A DNA stretch of 47,341 nt from a virus (taxonomy: Duplodnaviria; Caudoviricetes). The notes beneath the pieces were generated by a model. The model was not told the DNA's origin. It ran no database searches and worked only from the letters and a program-made list of their open reading frames with translations. This document shows, piece after piece, positions 44,698 through 47,341 of the stretch. Positions within the stretch are counted from its first letter, which is position 1. Every line of letters begins with the position of its first letter. The stretch spans positions 1-47,341 of IMG/VR virus record IMGVR_UViG_3300031520_000005; one strand, given 5' to 3'. The position numbers and the translations under genes are program-made.

Positions 44698-45099
44698 ATG
44701 CCCGAATCTTACCACGCCACGTCCGAAACGTCAACCCCCACCGTCGCCGCGCTTGCGGCAGAAATGCGCTGCACACGCGGATATGACCGGCGCAGGGCTA
44801 TTCATGCGCGGCTGGAAATCCTGTCTGCCCATCTTCGCTCGCTCCTGCCGTTCGCCACAAAAACCGCCTATGCCTATAGCCCGCGCGAAAGCGCGCGTAG
44901 TGGCGGGGGCATCCACTTGGTTGTCGTAGACCCAATCAAAATCGGGCGCATTGCCCGCAGCCCCGGCGAAACTCTGTGCAAAGGGGCGTTCTGGGGGCTG
45001 GTAGCCTGGGATAAACCCATGGACAGGGCAGACTGCCTAAAATGTCTTGCCGTTGCCGAGCGCTTTGCAAAACACGCGGAAAGCGAGGCGGCAGAATGA
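44698..45099 (+). CDS. Hypothetical protein
   Basis: AGGAGG RBS; His/Cys residues (IH...LC...CLKC). Confidence 0.65.
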   Translation: MPESYHATSETSTPTVAALAAEMRCTRGYDRRRAIHARLEILSAHLRSLLPFATKTAYAYSPRESARSGGGIHLVVVDPIKIGRIARSPGETLCKGAFWGLVAWDKPMDRADCLKCLAVAERFAKHAESEAAE

Positions 45100-45341
45100 G
45101 CAAAATATCCACTGTACCCACAACTGCCGAATGGGTTGTGCCTGATAACGTGCATATTACCGAGGCCAACCTGCCGGGCCTGATCGCGGCTGTTGTAGAG
45201 ACGCTTGGCAAGCGTATTTATGTTTATGAGGATGGCTCGAACGGCAGGCTGCTTGTGACCGATAAACGCAAGCGCACACCCAATATCGCATGCGAACTGC
45301 TGCTAATCGCGTGGCCGAAAAAGACAGGGGGCAAAAAATGA
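45096..45341 (+). CDS. Hypothetical protein
   Basis: ATGA overlaps at both ends. Confidence 0.6.
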   Translation: MSKISTVPTTAEWVVPDNVHITEANLPGLIAAVVETLGKRIYVYEDGSNGRLLVTDKRKRTPNIACELLLIAWPKKTGGKK

Positions 45342-45919
45342 GCCGTCCTGTTTCGCGCGAAAAACCTTTGCATGAAAAGGCCGATGCGCCGTACATCCAA
45401 GTACCACTGAGCCTCATGTCACGCAAGGACATAAGCCAGACCGCCAAGCTGCTGTACGGGCTTATTGTGTGCCTCTCGCACCAGGCCGGGTACTGCTATG
45501 CCTCCGATGACTACATAGCCGAACGGATTGGCGTCAGCAAGCGGCAGACGCAGCGAGCCATTACCGAACTTGAAACTCTGCGGATCGTGCTCATCACGGG
45601 GGCAACAAGCCGTCGCCATATCCGGCCAGCTAACGACAAAAACGGCGTGAGTTACCCCAAGACTGACGACGTGCTAACGACAAAAACGTCACAAGATAGC
45701 CCCCCGCTTACGACAAAAACGTCGTCAACTAACGACAAAAACGGCGCTATAATAGAAAAGGGAATAAAAAAGAAAATAGAAAAGATATTGCCTGCGGCTG
45801 TTCAGGAGGCAGAGCGGCCGCAGGCAGTCCGCGCCGCCCAAAGCATACTGGAGACGGCAGACACGGCGTTCGCGCGGGCACGGCGGCAGAAGGCTGCGCA
45901 GAAAGGCGGGGCCGAATGA
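45338..45919 (+). CDS. Winged-helix (HTH_36-like) replication initiator
   Basis: YIQVP..LM.RKDISQTAKLLYG...GYCYASDDYIAERIGVSKRQTQRAITELE; contains iterons. Confidence 0.8.
   Translation: MSRPVSREKPLHEKADAPYIQVPLSLMSRKDISQTAKLLYGLIVCLSHQAGYCYASDDYIAERIGVSKRQTQRAITELETLRIVLITGATSRRHIRPANDKNGVSYPKTDDVLTTKTSQDSPPLTTKTSSTNDKNGAIIEKGIKKKIEKILPAAVQEAERPQAVRAAQSILETADTAFARARRQKAAQKGGAE
45630..45789 (+). other. Iteron-type replication origin
   Basis: CTWACGACAAAAACG at 45630, 45674, 45707 and 45729 (spacings 44, 33, 22 bp), followed by an A-rich tract at 45748-45789. Confidence 0.8.
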
Positions 45920-46008
45920 TTGACACCAGTGATGGACGAGAGTTTCGGTGGCATAACGCTGATTTTGTCGCGGTAGCTGACGATCTCGGGTTTTTCAGCA
46001 CTTGATGT

Positions 46009-46042
46009 AACCAGCCTGGCCTTAATCAAGGCTAGGCTGGTT
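46009..46042. terminator. Strong hairpin between convergent units
   Basis: AACCAGCCTGGCCTT-AATC-AAGGCTAGGCTGGTT, 15-bp stem with one G-U pair and no U tract. Confidence 0.5.
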
Positions 46043-46062
46043 CGCTTCGCCAATTGGCAGCG

Positions 46063-47341
46063 TTAGGGCTTGAGGCTCTCCCCACCAAAGCCGGGCCAAA
46101 TCGTCTTATCCCAATCCGCCTCTTGTGCCAGCAGGCCGGGGTCAACGCCCACTTGTGCCAGGTCAACTAATGTCTCGCGCTGCATGTTTTCCAGGCTGTC
46201 TCCGCCATATAGGATTTGCCCCTGCCCCTGCGCGCTGGCGCGCCACTCGGCAGGCGTAAACTGCTGCATCTTGTCAAACTGCGCCTCAGCCACAGCCGTC
46301 GCAATCTGTGCCCATGTTGCCGCGCTCAGCCCCGGCTCCGGGATGCCGGCGTGCCAGTAAAAAAAGCGCACGTCCCCGGCAAAGTGCGGGAACCAGCCTG
46401 TCGTGGTGTTCAGCGTCCCGTCCGTGTCGCTTTGTTGCATGGCCTTAATCAGCATCGCGGTCATGCGGAGGCGCGAGGGCGCGCCCGTCGCCTGGTACAG
46501 ATCACCCGTGCGCCCAATCGCATAGCCAAAGTCCACCGGGTGAAACCCGTTGCGGTGCCGGTTGCCGCTGTTGAGCACCATCTGCACCGCGTACCACGCG
46601 TTCGTCAAATACTCGTATTTCCCGCGCCCAAACAGGCTGCCGTCCTCGCGCACGCCGACAAAAGCAGGCGAGACCAGAAAGGCCGCTTCAGACAGCCACG
46701 AGCGGCTTTCTCCGGGCGCCCCCGCGCCCGGAGCGGTCGGATAAATCAGCCCGGCATTACCCTCTAGGTTATATTCCTGCATCATCTCCCAGTTTTTGAC
46801 CAGCAGCCACTGCGCCGTGCTTTCCATCCCCTCCTGGTACAACGCCGTGCCGTCGCTTTGCGCCCCGCGCGCATGGATAAAATCGCTGTAATCCTGCCCG
46901 CTCCATGCCCCCAGCATCTGCGGCAAGACCGCGCCAGGGGCGCTTGTGATAAACGCATGGTAGCCTGCGTCGGGGTTGCTCAGGGCAGCGCGCAGGCTGG
47001 CGCTGCCAAACCGGCTTGGGCCGTTCCCATCATAGAACCGGGCAAAGGCGCTCTGCGTAAACGTGTCGCCCCAGGCGTCAATAGGGGCAATGCGCGGCAA
47101 CCAGTGGTTCCAGTCAGGAAGCTGAAGGGCAATGGGCAGCTCGCGCATGTTGAGCGTGTCGCCCGCCCCGATGCCGTCTTTGTCAGACGGATTGTAGGTG
47201 ATTCCGCGTGGGAACAGATACGGCAGCATGTCGCTGTCTTTGGGCAGCACAGCGCCCAGCCCGGCTCCTGCCGCCCAGGCGCTCAGGGGCTTCTTGTCTA
47301 GGCCCGGCCCTGGTTGGTAGGGCGGGTTCCAGGGCCTGCCT
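46063..47341 (-). CDS. C-terminal part of a large secreted protein, open at the right edge
   Basis: Frame is open to the edge: GRPWNPPYQPGPGLD...WAAGAGL.AVLP.D..ML..LFP...LQLPDWNHWLP; extends track ORF 46063..47250. Confidence 0.8.
   Translation of the reverse strand, partial: GRPWNPPYQPGPGLDKKPLSAWAAGAGLGAVLPKDSDMLPYLFPRGITYNPSDKDGIGAGDTLNMRELPIALQLPDWNHWLPRIAPIDAWGDTFTQSAFARFYDGNGPSRFGSASLRAALSNPDAGYHAFITSAPGAVLPQMLGAWSGQDYSDFIHARGAQSDGTALYQEGMESTAQWLLVKNWEMMQEYNLEGNAGLIYPTAPGAGAPGESRSWLSEAAFLVSPAFVGVREDGSLFGRGKYEYLTNAWYAVQMVLNSGNRHRNGFHPVDFGYAIGRTGDLYQATGAPSRLRMTAMLIKAMQQSDTDGTLNTTTGWFPHFAGDVRFFYWHAGIPEPGLSAATWAQIATAVAEAQFDKMQQFTPAEWRASAQGQGQILYGGDSLENMQRETLVDLAQVGVDPGLLAQEADWDKTIWPGFGGESLKP

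Noticed and set aside
45916-46066. 29-codon ORF after rep, possibly frameshifted at a T5 run
   Set aside because: Too short and without a recognisable motif.
1-47341. tRNA or rRNA genes, cas genes, IS elements, alternative genetic code
   Set aside because: None recognised by eye; core genes read intact in the standard bacterial code.

Overview
Near-complete genome of a GC-rich (about 60% by eye) temperate siphovirus-like phage. Both window edges appear to fall inside one minus-strand secreted-protein gene, so the molecule is probably circular with a small missing piece. The minus strand carries the early/replication genes (40.8-32.3 kb: Cro-like HTH, replisome organiser, DnaB), packaging and head genes (HNH, TerS/TerL, portal, S49 protease, capsid), tail genes (Fn3-extended tail tube, chaperone, tape measure, Dit, large carbohydrate-binding tail protein) and a lysis block (holin-like proteins, STAS protein, DNA methyltransferase, NlpC/P60 lysin). 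The plus strand carries an XRE-HTH/PAS repressor, a second iteron-containing replicon and several inserted morons. No integrase is recognisable, but a good dif-like XerC/D site lies beside the second replicon. The most striking signal is CRISPR-related. A 36-bp repeat/36-bp spacer/36-bp repeat unit sits in frame inside a phage gene (33260-33367). Its spacer is identical to 44309-44344 of the same genome, next to a type I-C TTC PAM. About 345 bp away lies a solitary 37-bp type I-C-like CRISPR repeat (33712-33748). All product calls come from motif recognition by eye; no searches were run.
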